DNA of 64,000 nt from Burkholderiales bacterium (lineage in GTDB: Bacteria; Pseudomonadota; Gammaproteobacteria; Burkholderiales; SG8-41), in NCBI GenBank assembly GCA_019751125.1, contig JAIENU010000017.1, forward strand, positions 21,472-85,471. The letters are read 5' to 3'. Under the pieces are notes generated by a model. That model saw only the letters and a program-made list of their open reading frames with translations, was not told the origin of the DNA and did not search any database. Shown piece by piece: positions 55,592 to 64,000 of this stretch; the first letter of the stretch is position 1, and every line of letters starts with the position of its first letter. A program made the translations under genes and the position numbers.

Positions 55592-55607
55592 TGGCACGGT
55601 AGATGCA
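55592..55607 (+). promoter_or_regulatory. sigma-54-like -24/-12 element
   Basis: TGGCAC-ggtag-aTGCA, against the consensus TGGCAC-N5-TTGCW, with correct GG-N10-GC spacing. It lies 21 nt upstream of the ATG at 55628. Confidence 0.3.
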
Positions 55608-55627
55608 TTTATGGCGGCAACCCGACC

Positions 55628-56890
55628 ATGGCTGCCATGAACACGCATACCGCATTTCCCCCGCTTGCCACCGTTTCCGCTGATTCAGGGTCCCGGACAG
55701 CCGCCTTGCATCCGCTGTTGCCGGGCGGCAGTGCCGGGCCGTGGAGTGACCGGTTGACGCTGCTGCTTGAATCAACCGGTGAAGGCATGTTCGGCATCGA
55801 TCTTGATGGCCGCTGCACCTTCATCAACCGCGCCGGGGCCAAGACCCTGGGTTACACCGCCGAAGACCTGATCGGCCGCAACATGCATTACCTGATCCAC
55901 CATGCCCACTGCGATGGCCGGCATTACCCGGTGGAGGAGTGCCCGATTTTCCGTGCCTTCCGCCAGGGGCTGCCCTGCCGCATCGATTCCGAGGTGCTGT
56001 GGCGGGCGGACGGCTCCTGTTTTCCTGCGGAATACTCCTCCTATCCGATCATCGAAGGCGGTTTGGTGGTCGGCGCCGTGGTCACTTTTGTCGATATCTC
56101 GGAGCGCAAACAGGCCGAGGAACTGCTGCGCCGTGCCAACGACGAGCTCGAGCGCCGCGTCGAGGAGCGCACCCAGGCGCTGTCCGGTGCGCTGACCCAG
56201 CTGCGCGAGCTGTCGGCCTACCTGCACAGTGTGCGCGAGGAAGAGCGTACCCGCATCGCCCGTGAAATCCATGACGAGCTGGGCAGCCTGTTGGTGGCGC
56301 TGAAGATGGACGTCAACTGGCTCGGCAAGCGAGTGGGCGAGAACGCCGAGCTGGGCCGCAAGCTGCAGTCGATGGGGAGGATGATCGAAACGGCGGTGGA
56401 CAACGTCGGCCGCATCATGACCGACCTGCGGCCGAGCATTCTGGACCATCAGGGTCTGTGGGCGGCGCTGGAGTGGCAGGCCCAGGAATTTGCCGAGTCC
56501 AGCGAGCTGCGCTGCGATTCACGGCTCGAGGTGGCGGCCGGCACGCCGGTGCCGACCGGTACGCTGGCGATTGCCGTGTTCCGCATTTTCCAGGAAATGC
56601 TGAGTAACGTCGCACGCCATGCCCAGGCCACTGCGGTCACCATTCGTATCCTCGCCGAGGACGGGTTGCTGGGCATCGAGGTCATCGATGATGGCTGCGG
56701 TGCGCCCGCTGCAGCCTTCGACAGCCCGCGCGCCTACGGCGTGCTCGGCATGCGCGAGCGCGCAGGCCATTTTGGCGGCGAGCTGGCAATCACCAGCCGG
56801 CCCGGCGCCGGTACTGCGGTGCGCCTGCGCATTCCGATACCTGAGCCGATACCCGAGCCGATCCCTGAGACTTTGCAGGAGGCGCAATGA
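55628..56890 (+). CDS. PAS-domain sensor histidine kinase (HisKA_3 / NarX-DegS type)
   Basis: PAS domain (EGMFGIDLDGRCTFINRAG ... HYPVEECPIFRAF), H-box EEERTRIAREIHDELG, and an HATPase_c domain. The track start at 55583 is upstream of the sigma-54-like motif, so an in-frame ATG was chosen. Confidence 0.85.
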   Translation: MAAMNTHTAFPPLATVSADSGSRTAALHPLLPGGSAGPWSDRLTLLLESTGEGMFGIDLDGRCTFINRAGAKTLGYTAEDLIGRNMHYLIHHAHCDGRHYPVEECPIFRAFRQGLPCRIDSEVLWRADGSCFPAEYSSYPIIEGGLVVGAVVTFVDISERKQAEELLRRANDELERRVEERTQALSGALTQLRELSAYLHSVREEERTRIAREIHDELGSLLVALKMDVNWLGKRVGENAELGRKLQSMGRMIETAVDNVGRIMTDLRPSILDHQGLWAALEWQAQEFAESSELRCDSRLEVAAGTPVPTGTLAIAVFRIFQEMLSNVARHAQATAVTIRILAEDGLLGIEVIDDGCGAPAAAFDSPRAYGVLGMRERAGHFGGELAITSRPGAGTAVRLRIPIPEPIPEPIPETLQEAQ

Positions 56891-57525
56891 TCCGCCTGCT
56901 GATCTGTGACGACCATCTGGTGGTGCGCCAGGGCCTGAAGCAGATTCTCGCCGACGCGCCGGATATCGAGGTGACGGCAGAGGCCTCGAGCGGCTGTGAG
57001 GCGATGCGGCTTGCCCGCGCCGGCGGCATCGACGTCGTGCTGCTGGACATTGCGATGCCCAATCGCGACGGGCTGGAAACGCTGAAACAGCTGCGTTCCG
57101 AATTGCCCCGGCTGCCGGTGCTGATGCTGTCGACCTACCCCGACAAGCAATATGCGGTGCGCTGCCTGAAGTTGGGTGCCTCAGGTTATCTCAACAAGAG
57201 CGCGGATACCGACCAGCTGCTTGAAGCCATACGCAAGGCAGCCCATGGTGGCGTGTTTGTCACTACCACCCAGGCAGAAGCGCTGGCTGCGGCGCTGAGC
57301 GCACCGGCCGCCGACCGCCAGCCCCATGAATTCCTGTCGGACCGCGAATATCAGGTGTTGCGCCTGATTGCCGCCGGCCAGAGTGTCACCCAGATTGCGG
57401 CACAGCTTGCGCTGAGCCCGAATACCGTCAGCACCTATCGTGCGCGGATCTGCGAAAAAACCGGGGCACGCAACGACGTCGAGATTGCACTGTATGCGGT
57501 GAGGCAGGGGCTGCATCAGGTGTAG
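56887..57525 (+). CDS. NarL/FixJ (LuxR-type HTH) response regulator
   Basis: REC domain (LLICDDH ... VVLLDIAMP) and C-terminal LSDREYQVLRLIAAGQSVTQIAAQLALSPNTVSTYRARI. Confidence 0.92.
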   Translation: MIRLLICDDHLVVRQGLKQILADAPDIEVTAEASSGCEAMRLARAGGIDVVLLDIAMPNRDGLETLKQLRSELPRLPVLMLSTYPDKQYAVRCLKLGASGYLNKSADTDQLLEAIRKAAHGGVFVTTTQAEALAAALSAPAADRQPHEFLSDREYQVLRLIAAGQSVTQIAAQLALSPNTVSTYRARICEKTGARNDVEIALYAVRQGLHQV

Positions 57526-57550
57526 TGCCGCCCTGTTGTGGGGGCCGGAT

Positions 57551-57568
57551 TGTAGTTCTATTACTACA
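57551..57568. promoter_or_regulatory. palindrome TGTAGT-N6-ACTACA upstream of the cynA-like gene
   Basis: tgtagttctattactaca lies 26 nt after the response-regulator stop and about 110 nt before the ABC operon start. Confidence 0.3.
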
Positions 57569-57676
57569 GCCGATAGGCAGGTGCAGCGACAGTCACATAT
57601 CTGCCGCTTGCCTAAGCTGTACTCCAACCAAGGCGGGCTGCGAAGCCCGCCGTAATGTCGAGGAAAGGAAGCCACG

Positions 57677-59038
57677 ATGTCCGCTTTCAAAGACCCGTTC
57701 AACCCCGGGGTGAAGCTTGGCTGCGGTTGCGGCCGCCACAGTGATCAGGCCGCGCATGATGCCGATCTCGCCACGCAGACCAGTGATACCGAGGCGCTCG
57801 GAAACCGCGTCGTCGAAGCGGCAGTGATGCGCGCGCTGTTTCCCCACGATGCGACGCGGCGGCGCTTCCTCAACGCCGTGGGCGCGAGCACCGCGATGGC
57901 CGCGGTGTCGACCTTTTTCCCGATGGGCATGGCGAAAGACGTGTTCGCGCAGACTGGTCCCCTGGAAAAATCCTCGATCAAGGTCGGTTTCATACCGATT
58001 ACCTGCGCCACGCCGATCATCATGTCGCAGCCGATGGGTTTTTACGGCCGCCAGGGTCTCAACGTCGACGTGGTGAAGACCGCCGGCTGGGCGGTGATCC
58101 GCGACAAGACGCTGAACAAGGAATACGACGCCGCGCACATGCTGTCGCCGATGCCGATCGCCATTTCGCTCGGCATCGGTGCCAATGCGATGCCATACAC
58201 GGTGCCGGCAATCGAGAACATCAACGGTCAGGCAATCACGCTGTCGATCAAACACAAGGACAAGCGTGACCCGAAATCGTGGAAAGGCTTCAAGTTCGCG
58301 GTGCCTTTCGACTACTCGATGCACAATTACCTGTTGCGCTACTACCTGGCCGAACACGGTCTGGATCCGGACAAGGACGTGCAGATCCGTTCGGTGCCGC
58401 CGCCGGAGATGGTGGCCAACCTGCGCGCCGACAACATCGACGGTTTCCTGGCGCCGGATCCGGTCAACCAGCGCGCGGTGTTCGACGGTGTTGGCTTCAT
58501 CCACACCCTGACCAAGGAGCTGTGGGAAGGTCATCCCTGCTGCGCTTTTGCAGCAAGCCGCGAGTTCGTCACCAAGATGCCGAACACCTACCGCGCGCTG
58601 CTCAAGGCGATCATGGAGGCGACGGCCTATGCGGCGAAACCCGAGAACCGCAAGCAGATAGCCGAGGCCATCGCGCCGGCCAATTACCTGAACCAGCCGG
58701 TCACCGTGATCGAGCAGGTGCTTACCGGCACCTACGCTGACGGCCTGGGCAATGTGAAAAAGGATGCGAACCGCATCGACTTTGATCCCTTCCCCTGGCA
58801 TTCCTTTGCCATCTGGATCATGAGCCAGATGAAGCGCTGGGGTCAGCTGAAGGGTGATGTCGATTACGCCAAGGTCGCGCGCGAGGTGTTCCTCGCCACC
58901 GACGCGGCGCGCCTGATGAGGGAGGTAGGCATGAAGCCGCCGACCACCACCACCAAAAAATTCTTGGTGATGGGCAAGGAATTCGATCCGGCGAAGCCCG
59001 AAGCCTATATCCAGAGCTTCGCGATCAAGCGGGTCTGA
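57677..59038 (+). CDS. cynA: NrtA/CmpA/CynA-family ABC transporter substrate-binding protein (Tat signal)
   Basis: Twin-arginine RRRFLNAVGAS. VGFIPITCATPII and HMLSPMP motifs of the nitrate/cyanate/bicarbonate binding proteins. The symbol is inferred from the downstream cynS. Confidence 0.8.
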   Translation: MSAFKDPFNPGVKLGCGCGRHSDQAAHDADLATQTSDTEALGNRVVEAAVMRALFPHDATRRRFLNAVGASTAMAAVSTFFPMGMAKDVFAQTGPLEKSSIKVGFIPITCATPIIMSQPMGFYGRQGLNVDVVKTAGWAVIRDKTLNKEYDAAHMLSPMPIAISLGIGANAMPYTVPAIENINGQAITLSIKHKDKRDPKSWKGFKFAVPFDYSMHNYLLRYYLAEHGLDPDKDVQIRSVPPPEMVANLRADNIDGFLAPDPVNQRAVFDGVGFIHTLTKELWEGHPCCAFAASREFVTKMPNTYRALLKAIMEATAYAAKPENRKQIAEAIAPANYLNQPVTVIEQVLTGTYADGLGNVKKDANRIDFDPFPWHSFAIWIMSQMKRWGQLKGDVDYAKVAREVFLATDAARLMREVGMKPPTTTTKKFLVMGKEFDPAKPEAYIQSFAIKRV

Positions 59039-59051
59039 CCGGACGAACGAG

Positions 59052-59894
59052 ATGACCAGTCTGCGCAACTGGCGCGCACCCGCGCTGTCGATGGTGGTGT
59101 TCCTGCTGATGATCGGCATCTGGCATGCACTGACGCTGCCGAAGGCGGCGCCGCCGGCGGCCGATTCGGAATATGCGGCGCTGGTCGGCGCCGCAGCGGC
59201 ATCCGGGCAGAAGTCGGCATTTCCGTCGCCGGCCGATGTCGGCGCCAAGATCTGGCAGCACCTGCAGGAGCCGTTCTACGACCGCGGTCCCAACGACAAG
59301 GGCATCGGCATCCAGCTGGCATTCTCGATCGCCCGGGTGCTCACCGGCTACCTGCTCGCGGCGCTGGTGGCGATCCCGGTCGGTTTCCTGATCGGCATGT
59401 CGCCGACGGTGTACCGCGCGCTGGATCCCTACATCCAGGTGCTGAAGCCGATTTCACCGCTGGCGTGGATGCCGCTGGCGCTGTTCACGCTGAAGGACAG
59501 CTCGATATCGGCAATTTTCGTGATCTTCATCTGCTCGCTGTGGCCGATGCTGATCAATACCGCTTTCGGTGTTGCCAGCGTGCGCAAGGAATGGCTCAAC
59601 GTTGCACGCACGCTGGAGGTCGGCCCTCTGCGCACGGCTTTCCGGGTGATCCTGCCTGCTGCCGCGCCGACGATCATGACCGGCATGCGCATTTCAATCG
59701 GCATTGCCTGGCTGGTGATCGTGGCCGCAGAGATGCTGGTCGGCGGCACCGGCATCGGTTACTTCGTCTGGAATGAATGGAACAACCTGTCGATCACCAA
59801 CATCCTGACTGCGATCCTGGCGATCGGACTGGTCGGCATGCTGCTCGACCTGCTGCTGGCCCGGCTGACGCGGCTGGTCACCTTCCCGGAATGA
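59052..59894 (+). CDS. cynB: ABC transporter permease (NrtB/CynB type)
   Basis: 280 aa, six TM helices, EAA-loop region ASVRKEWLNVARTLEVGPL. Confidence 0.82.
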   Translation: MTSLRNWRAPALSMVVFLLMIGIWHALTLPKAAPPAADSEYAALVGAAAASGQKSAFPSPADVGAKIWQHLQEPFYDRGPNDKGIGIQLAFSIARVLTGYLLAALVAIPVGFLIGMSPTVYRALDPYIQVLKPISPLAWMPLALFTLKDSSISAIFVIFICSLWPMLINTAFGVASVRKEWLNVARTLEVGPLRTAFRVILPAAAPTIMTGMRISIGIAWLVIVAAEMLVGGTGIGYFVWNEWNNLSITNILTAILAIGLVGMLLDLLLARLTRLVTFPE

Positions 59895-59901
59895 TTGAGC
59901 C

Positions 59902-60822
59902 ATGAGCGAACCGTTGATCCGCGTTGAAGGTATTGCCAAGAAGTTCACCGGTCGGGACGGTACTTCGACCACGGTGTTCGAGAATCTTTATTTCGGCATC
60001 GAACCCGGGGAGTTTGTCTGCCTGATCGGCCACTCCGGCTGTGGCAAGACCACCATCCTCAATGTGCTTTCGGGGCTCGAGCAGGCCTCATCCGGCTATG
60101 TGTTCGTCGGCGGCCGTGAAGTCAGCGGACCCAGCCTCGACCGCGCGGTGATTTTCCAGAGCCACGCGCTGATGCCCTGGCTCACGGTGATGGGCAACAT
60201 CTCCTTTGCCGTGTCCTCGCGCTGGCCGGAGTGGAGCGACGCCAAGGTGCGCGAGCATGCGCAGAAATACATCGATCTCGTCAACCTGACCGGTTCCGAG
60301 AAAAAACGGCCGGCCGAACTTTCCGGCGGCATGAAGCAGCGTGTCGGCATCGCGCGCGCGCTGTCGATCCAGCCGAAGATGCTGCTGATGGACGAGCCGT
60401 TCTCGGCCCTCGATGCCCTGACCCGCGGCGTGCTGCAGGAGGAAGTGCTGCGCATCTGCGCGGAAACACGGCAGACCGTGTTCATGATCACCCACGATGT
60501 CGACGAGGCGATCCTGCTCGCTGACAAGATCATCCTGATGACCAACGGTCCGCAGGCCAAGATCGCAGAGGTCGTGGTCAATACCATGCCGCGCAGCCGC
60601 ACCCGGCACGACCTGCACAAGCATCCGCATTACTACCGCATCCGCAACCACCTGATCGATTTTCTGGTCGACCGCTCGAAGCTGTTTGCCGCGGTATCGG
60701 CCGAGTTCGATCCGCGCCATCCGCCACTGGTTTCGCCGGGCCTTGATCCGGCGGAGGCTACGGTGCTTGATCCGTCGCGACCGCAGGGTGGCGGTGTCAC
60801 GCCGCTCGCGGCTGTGCGCTGA
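59902..60822 (+). CDS. cynD: ABC transporter ATP-binding protein (NrtD/CynD type)
   Basis: Walker A GHSGCGKTT, signature LSGGMKQRVGIARAL, Walker B LLMDEPFSALD. Confidence 0.88.
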   Translation: MSEPLIRVEGIAKKFTGRDGTSTTVFENLYFGIEPGEFVCLIGHSGCGKTTILNVLSGLEQASSGYVFVGGREVSGPSLDRAVIFQSHALMPWLTVMGNISFAVSSRWPEWSDAKVREHAQKYIDLVNLTGSEKKRPAELSGGMKQRVGIARALSIQPKMLLMDEPFSALDALTRGVLQEEVLRICAETRQTVFMITHDVDEAILLADKIILMTNGPQAKIAEVVVNTMPRSRTRHDLHKHPHYYRIRNHLIDFLVDRSKLFAAVSAEFDPRHPPLVSPGLDPAEATVLDPSRPQGGGVTPLAAVR

Positions 60823-60865
60823 TCCGATTTCCGTCAATCCCGATTTCACCACCAAGGAGAATCCG

Positions 60866-61366
60866 ATGAAAAAAAACGATGCACCCGAGGCGCTGCTGGC
60901 TGCCGCCAGCGTTAGCAAACCGATGAAGCGTACTGATGTCACCGAACTGGTGGTTGAGGCCAAGCTGAAGAAAGGCCTGACCTGGGCCAAGATTGCCAAA
61001 GCGGTTGGCACCAGCAAGGAATGGGCAACCGCTGGCCTCCTCGGTCAGATGCAGATGACCAAGGCACAGGCGGAAGCCGCGGGCAAGCTGCTTGGTCTGC
61101 CGCCCTATGCCGTGCTGCTGCTGCAGCAGGTGCCGTACAAGGGTTCGCTGCCGACCGCGGTGCCGACCGATCCGCTGATCTACCGCTTCTACGAGCTGGT
61201 AAGCATCTACGGCACCACCTTCAAGGAACTGATCCATGAAGAGTTCGGCGACGGCATCATGAGTGCGATCGACTTCAAGATGGACTTGAAGCGTGAGCCC
61301 GATCCCAACGGCGACCGCGTGAAGATCGTGATGAGCGGGAAATATCTGTCCTACAAGACGTACTGA
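60866..61366 (+). CDS. cynS: cyanate hydratase (cyanase)
   Basis: The C-terminal half, PTDPLIYRFYELVSIYGTTFKELIHEEFGDGIMSAIDFKMDL, aligns with E. coli CynS. aaggaga RBS 5 nt before the ATG at 60866. An internal ATG (MKRTDV) would give the more usual length of about 147 aa. Confidence 0.92.
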   Translation: MKKNDAPEALLAAASVSKPMKRTDVTELVVEAKLKKGLTWAKIAKAVGTSKEWATAGLLGQMQMTKAQAEAAGKLLGLPPYAVLLLQQVPYKGSLPTAVPTDPLIYRFYELVSIYGTTFKELIHEEFGDGIMSAIDFKMDLKREPDPNGDRVKIVMSGKYLSYKTY

Positions 61367-61460
61367 CCGGACAGCCCCCACCAGACCCGAACCAGCATGC
61401 GGGATGAGCGGCAGCAGATTGCCCTCGTCCCGTTTCATTTTCCAACCCAGGAGTCCGTCC

Positions 61461-62561
61461 ATGACAACAAACCGCAGGAAATTCCTCAAGGGTGGCACTA
61501 TTGCCGCAACCGGTGCAGCCATCACCGGTTTCCCGATGATCGGCAAGGCGCAGTCGGCGCAGACATTCAACTGGAAAATGACCAGCGCCTACCCCAAGGG
61601 TGCGCCTTTCTATATGGACGGCCCGGGCAGTGCGACCGATCTCGCACGACGCATCGAGGCCATGTCCGGCGGCAGGCTGCGCATCCAGGTGTTCGGTGCC
61701 GGCGAGTTGATTCCCGCTTTCGAGGGATTCGACGCCGTGCGTGCCGGCACGGTCGAGATGAATCATGCCAACAGCTACTTCTGGACCGGCAAAACCTTCG
61801 CCGCCCAGTACTTTACCGCGGTGCCTTTCGGCCTCAATTTTCAGGGCATGAACGGTTGGCTCTACGACGGTGGCGGCATCGATCTCTGGAACGAGGTTTA
61901 TGCGCCCTTCGGCATGGTCGCCATGCCCTGCGGCAATACCGGCGTGCAGATGACCGGATGGTTCAAGAAGGAGATCAAGTCGGTTGCCGATCTCAAGGGC
62001 CTGAAGATGCGCATCCCGGGCCTGGCTGGCAAGGTTTACGCCAACCTCGGTGTTGATGTAAAGGTGCTGCCCGGCGGCGAGATCTTTCCCGCGCTTGAGC
62101 GCGGCGTCATTGATGCTGCCGAGTTCGTCGGCCCCTTCCAGGACCGGCGGCTGGGGCTGCAGAAGGCGGCGCGTTACTACTACACCACTGGGTGGCACGA
62201 GTCGGCCACGGTGTCCGAGCTGCTGATCAACAAGGCGGCTTGGGAAAAGCTGCCGCGGGACCTGCAGGCCATCGTCAGCAATGCGTCCGCGGCCTGCAAC
62301 GTGATCAGCGAAGGCTGGTGCCAGAAGGCCAATTCGGAGGCCATGGAGGACCTGATCAAGAACCAGAAGGTCATCGCCAGGCCCTTGCCCGATCCAGTGA
62401 TCAAGGCCCTGCGCGCCGAGACCGACAAGGTTCTCGCTGAAGCCGTCTCAAAGGATCCGCTGGTCAAGAAAGTGCACGATTCCTACTTCTCCTTCAAGGC
62501 CAAGTATGACCGCTGGGTCGAGGTCAGCGAGGAGCACTATCACACCAAGGTTCGTGGCTGA
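61461..62561 (+). CDS. TRAP transporter substrate-binding protein (DctP family, Tat signal)
   Basis: MTTNRRKFLKGGTIAATGAA signal. FNWKMTSAYPKGAPFY is typical of this DctP subfamily. Confidence 0.88.
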   Translation: MTTNRRKFLKGGTIAATGAAITGFPMIGKAQSAQTFNWKMTSAYPKGAPFYMDGPGSATDLARRIEAMSGGRLRIQVFGAGELIPAFEGFDAVRAGTVEMNHANSYFWTGKTFAAQYFTAVPFGLNFQGMNGWLYDGGGIDLWNEVYAPFGMVAMPCGNTGVQMTGWFKKEIKSVADLKGLKMRIPGLAGKVYANLGVDVKVLPGGEIFPALERGVIDAAEFVGPFQDRRLGLQKAARYYYTTGWHESATVSELLINKAAWEKLPRDLQAIVSNASAACNVISEGWCQKANSEAMEDLIKNQKVIARPLPDPVIKALRAETDKVLAEAVSKDPLVKKVHDSYFSFKAKYDRWVEVSEEHYHTKVRG

Positions 62562-62576
62562 CCGCGGAGAGTTTCC

Positions 62577-63092
62577 TTGAACAAGACGCTCGTCGCCCTC
62601 AAAAGCGGCATCGAGTCGCTGATTGAAGTTGTCGGGAGGGTCACCCTGTGGGTGGCCCTCTCGATGATCGCGCTGGTCGCGGTCAATGTGCTTCTGCGAT
62701 ATGCCTTCAGCTTCGGTTCGGTATGGGCCCAGGAGCTGGAGTGGCACCTGCTGGCGGCGCTCATCCTTCTCGGCATGAGCTATGCCTTGCAGAACGGCGA
62801 AAATGTCCGTGTTGACCTGTTTTATGCCCGCTATTCGGCGCAGAAAAAGTTCTGGGTCGATGTGGTTTCGCTGCTGCTTCTTCTGGTCGTGTCGTTGATT
62901 TTCATCAAGCTGTCCATCGCCTACGTGGCCCAGTCCTGGGCCATCGGGGAGAAATCCCCTGATCCCGGTGGCATACCCTGGCGCTGGGCTATCAAGTCGA
63001 TGATCCCGTTGGGCTACAGCTTGCTGGCGGTGCAGTGCCTGGGTCGGCTGCTGCACATGTTTCTGAAGCATCCGTCCTCGAAGGAAGCCTGA
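62577..63092 (+). CDS. TRAP transporter small permease (DctQ)
   Basis: 171 aa, four TM helices, TTG start, located between the dctP-like and dctM-like genes. Confidence 0.8.
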   Translation: MNKTLVALKSGIESLIEVVGRVTLWVALSMIALVAVNVLLRYAFSFGSVWAQELEWHLLAALILLGMSYALQNGENVRVDLFYARYSAQKKFWVDVVSLLLLLVVSLIFIKLSIAYVAQSWAIGEKSPDPGGIPWRWAIKSMIPLGYSLLAVQCLGRLLHMFLKHPSSKEA

Positions 63093-63093
63093 G

Positions 63094-64000
63094 ATGTTCG
63101 ACCAGCAGACTTACGCCATCCTGATGCTGGTGGCATTTTTTGCGCTCCTGATGATCGGGGTGCCGGTCGCCACCACGCTGGCCGTGGTGGGGTTTATCTT
63201 CGGCTATCTTGGTTTCGGGGAGGGGTTGTTCAGCCTGCTGCCGGCGCGTTTCTACGGCATTGTCGCGGGTTATCAGTGGATGGCCATCCCGCTGTTCGTC
63301 TTCATGGGCGTGATGCTGGAAAAATCACGCCTCGCGGACGACCTGCTCGATGTGATGGGCCACATTGCCGGTGGCGTGCGCGGTGGCATGGGCGTGGGCA
63401 TCATCCTCTTTGGCGTGCTGATGGGCGCAACCACCGGCATTGTCGGCGCGACCGTGATCACCCTCGGGCTGCTGACACTGCCCACGCTGATCAAGCGCGG
63501 TTACGACAAGGGCATTGCCTGTGGGGCCATCTGCGCTTCAGGCACCCTGGGCCAGATCATTCCACCGAGCCTGATCCTCATCCTGCTCTCGGACATCATG
63601 CAGCTCTCGGTGGGGACACTGTTTGCAGCCGCTGTTGGTCCGGGACTGCTGCTTTCGGCGACGTATGTGATCTTTATTCTGGTGCGGGGCTGGATGAACC
63701 CCGAGCTCATGCCGCCCATTCCCCTGGCCGAGCGCAGCGAAGTAAGCCGGCGCCAGTTGTGGATCCGGTTCTGGAAAGTGGTGGTGCCACCGATCATGCT
63801 GGTGGTGTCGGTGCTGGGCTCCATCGTCGGCGGTGTCGCCGCACCCACTGAGGCCGCGTCCATGGGAGCGGTAGGGGCGGTGCTGATCACCGTGGTTTCC
63901 GGCCGCTTCACGATGAAGACGCTCAAGGAGGTCGCGCTGGAAACCAGCAAAATCACCGCCATGATGATGCTTATCCTGATGACGGCCCAGGTGTTTGCGC
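63094..64000 (+). CDS. TRAP transporter large permease (DctM), 3' end cut by window edge
   Basis: My own translation from the ATG at 63094: MFDQQTYAILMLVAFFALLMIGVPVATTLAVVGF ... QWMAIPLFVFMGVMLEKSRLADDL ... GATTGIVGATVITLG. The frame is open to the window end. It is not in the supplied track because it has no stop. Confidence 0.85.
   Translation, partial: MFDQQTYAILMLVAFFALLMIGVPVATTLAVVGFIFGYLGFGEGLFSLLPARFYGIVAGYQWMAIPLFVFMGVMLEKSRLADDLLDVMGHIAGGVRGGMGVGIILFGVLMGATTGIVGATVITLGLLTLPTLIKRGYDKGIACGAICASGTLGQIIPPSLILILLSDIMQLSVGTLFAAAVGPGLLLSATYVIFILVRGWMNPELMPPIPLAERSEVSRRQLWIRFWKVVVPPIMLVVSVLGSIVGGVAAPTEAASMGAVGAVLITVVSGRFTMKTLKEVALETSKITAMMMLILMTAQVFA

Overview
This is a 64-kb, visibly high-GC (roughly mid-60s %) chromosomal segment. 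Its gene content suggests a betaproteobacterium: three orphan Bug/TctC-type binding proteins, a conserved orn / M48-phhB-rsgA arrangement, and lrgAB. This taxonomic call is an inference. I can support about 65 protein-coding genes. I saw no rRNA, tRNA or CRISPR array.

Most of the window is ordinary housekeeping and transport:
- Central metabolism and housekeeping: maeB (5' truncated by the window edge), fumC, pgi, thiolase, hslO, orn, rsgA.
- Membrane and stress-related clusters: lrgAB plus an EI24-like gene, an ElaB/YqjD-YqjE-YqjK cluster, and an HPF / zinc-ribbon / TerB / TerC operon.
- A two-component system followed by a cynABD-like ABC transporter and cyanase.
- A TRAP transporter that runs off the 3' edge of the window.

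The parts worth a second look:
1. A ten-gene co-directional array on the minus strand (24130-29957). It is headed by an ECF sigma factor with a long C-terminal extension (ECF42-like). It carries four DGPF/YciI paralogues, two VOC proteins, a DUF1428 protein, an Asp-box beta-propeller and a MoaD/ThiS-like protein ending in GG. A candidate ECF promoter lies upstream of the first structural gene.
2. A family of about 32-nt AT-rich repeats. At least eight copies occur, in either orientation, only in intergenic spacers.
3. A 2.3-kb low-GC islet (about 3630-5930). It holds orphan secreted proteins, an IS3-family transposase stub with a recognisable terminal repeat, and several short repeat sets.
4. 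A few structured or repeat-bearing leaders: the elaB-like leader, the pgi/lrgA spacer and the cynA leader.

Many long antisense ORFs in the supplied track are high-GC artefacts and are not called.
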